Shown here piece by piece: positions 28,570-29,598 of a DNA stretch of 29,598 bases. The notes under the pieces were generated by a model. It searched no databases. It was not told the origin of the DNA and saw only the letters and a list, made by a program, of their open reading frames with translations. The translations under genes were made by a program, and so were the position numbers. Source of the DNA: Elainellaceae cyanobacterium (GTDB taxonomy: Bacteria > Cyanobacteriota > Cyanobacteriia > CAZCXK01); the NCBI GenBank assembly GCA_051117555.1, contig JBNPEG010000242.1:1-29598 (forward strand). Reading direction: 5' to 3'. Positions within the stretch are counted from its first letter, which is position 1. Every line of letters begins with the position of its first letter.

Positions 28570-28655
28570 GTATAACGTTCTGGCTAAGCGGCTGCAAGTA
28601 ACCTTTGCGACACCGACAAGTTCTAGCAACAGCCACTCCAGCCAGATTGTTGTGC
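28570..28655 (-). other. attC-like site 4
   Basis: Minus strand GCACAAC-AATCT-GGCTGGAGTGGCTG...CAGCCGCTTAGCC-AGAAC-GTTATAC, 86 bp, 19 bp after the toxin stop. Confidence 0.72.
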
Positions 28656-28674
28656 TGCGCCGCTTACGCAATTA

Positions 28675-29001
28675 TTAGGAGCCTCCCACTTCGATTACTT
28701 CCCCTGGCGAAATAGTACTCAGCACACTGCAAACATCAGGTATCAGAGGCACTAAATCTGGCAACCTATTACTGCGTGCTACAAGAACAACAACTGCTAC
28801 TCCAGCTTGCTCTAAGTTCTGCTGATACCGCAAATTTTGATCTGTTGTAAGTAGAATTGTGAAGCCCTCTTGATTCATGAACCGCAACAACTCACCATTC
28901 TTTTTTCCTGACCATTCCATCTCAACAACTGTGCGTATCTTGTAATCAGTCAGTTCTCGCTTAAGGGGACGTGGGACCCATTCATCAAGCAGGATTCGCA
29001 T
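28675..29001 (-). CDS. DUF5615 family PIN-like toxin
   Basis: MRILLDE, WSGKKNGELL, LLTTDQNLRYQQNL; overlaps the DUF433 gene. Confidence 0.88.
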   Translation of the reverse strand: MRILLDEWVPRPLKRELTDYKIRTVVEMEWSGKKNGELLRFMNQEGFTILLTTDQNLRYQQNLEQAGVAVVVLVARSNRLPDLVPLIPDVCSVLSTISPGEVIEVGGS

Positions 29002-29209
29002 AGGCTGTTAGCATTTCCTTTGCTAACTCAAGAGCTGCGATTGCTTGCTCACGCCGAACACTTGGAAAATGATCTAAGAATTCATCGAGCGGATCACCGG
29101 CTTTGAGATAATCGAGTAACGTTTTCACTGGCACACGAGTTCCAACAAAAACAGGGGTTCCTCCCAGGATGTCAGGGTCACTATGAATAACACGCGCTGC
29201 GGTTGTCAT
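28985..29209 (-). CDS. DUF433 family antitoxin
   Basis: DPDILGGTPVFVGTRVPV..LDEFLDHFPSV. Confidence 0.93.
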   Translation of the reverse strand: MTTAARVIHSDPDILGGTPVFVGTRVPVKTLLDYLKAGDPLDEFLDHFPSVRREQAIAALELAKEMLTAYANPA

Positions 29210-29300
29210 ATCAGCTATCCAATAGCAGGAATCTCTTTGATCTTAGCCTACAACTCCTACTCAAAACGCCTATCAGAAGCGATCGCCCACATACGTTCCC

Positions 29301-29372
29301 AGTGCGATTCTCCGATGGAGAGGCTATAGCCCTTTAGGGCATGGCTACGCTAGCGCCAACGCCCCTCAACCA
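29301..29372 (+). repeat. About 72-bp dispersed repeat, copy 2
   Basis: Direct repeat of 27592-27665. Confidence 0.85.
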
Positions 29373-29428
29373 CTCAACATCTCTTATTCAGTGGGGTGGG
29401 CACTGCCAGCCTTACCGCTATCCTCTAT

Positions 29429-29498
29429 TACTTGTGAGTAGGGATTGCCTAGTTGGCTAAAGCCTATAGAGGTTGGGTTTCGTGCCTCAACCCAACCT
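29429..29498 (+). repeat. About 70-bp dispersed repeat with REP-like hairpin, copy 2
   Basis: AGGTTGGGTTTCGTGCCTCAACCCAACCT; similar to 26655-26725. Confidence 0.7.
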
Positions 29499-29598
29499 TG
29501 TATATAAGCGGTACGCCCCTCGGATTTATCCTAAAAGCATATCGCTGAGGGGAGGACTCCGAACCCAACCTCAAGCCTCCAAGCTTGCTGTGTAGATT

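Noticed and set aside
28451..28678. 75-aa (+) and 61-aa (-) ORFs
   Set aside because: They run across an attC hairpin and show no protein-like motifs
1..29598. Frequent GCGATCGC octamers (e.g. 548, 793)
   Set aside because: HIP1 is a well-known genome-wide cyanobacterial feature; used only as a taxonomic clue

Overview
Cyanobacterial chromosomal window (abundant HIP1 octamer GCGATCGC) with a core block between two accessory ends. Left end (1-3340): the terminus of an element integrated in tRNA-Thr(CGT). It is marked by a lone 3' tRNA half at 3296-3340 and carries plasmid-like genes, a Uma2 nuclease and a 150-bp MITE. Middle (3419-26492): mostly core genes, namely a class V aminotransferase, crtD, radC, the STAS/mini-RNase III/rlmB/DUF1816 cluster, an alpha/beta hydrolase, an SLC12-like cotransporter, a CbbX/SpoVK-like AAA ATPase, a TspO-like protein, mraY, DUF3134, fibrillin, a PD-(D/E)XK nuclease, a rhodanese and ppsA. 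Right end (26558-29500) holds the most notable signal, an integron-like locus with no integrase in the window. It has four 86-88-bp attC-like sites on the minus strand, an intact DUF1993 cassette whose two ends are exactly complementary, and toxin-antitoxin cargo (one intact-looking, one decayed). The putative attI site is followed by four 21-bp palindromes with an exact 40-bp period. The STAS gene probably starts at a non-canonical ATT. All product calls come from reading motifs; no database searches were run.
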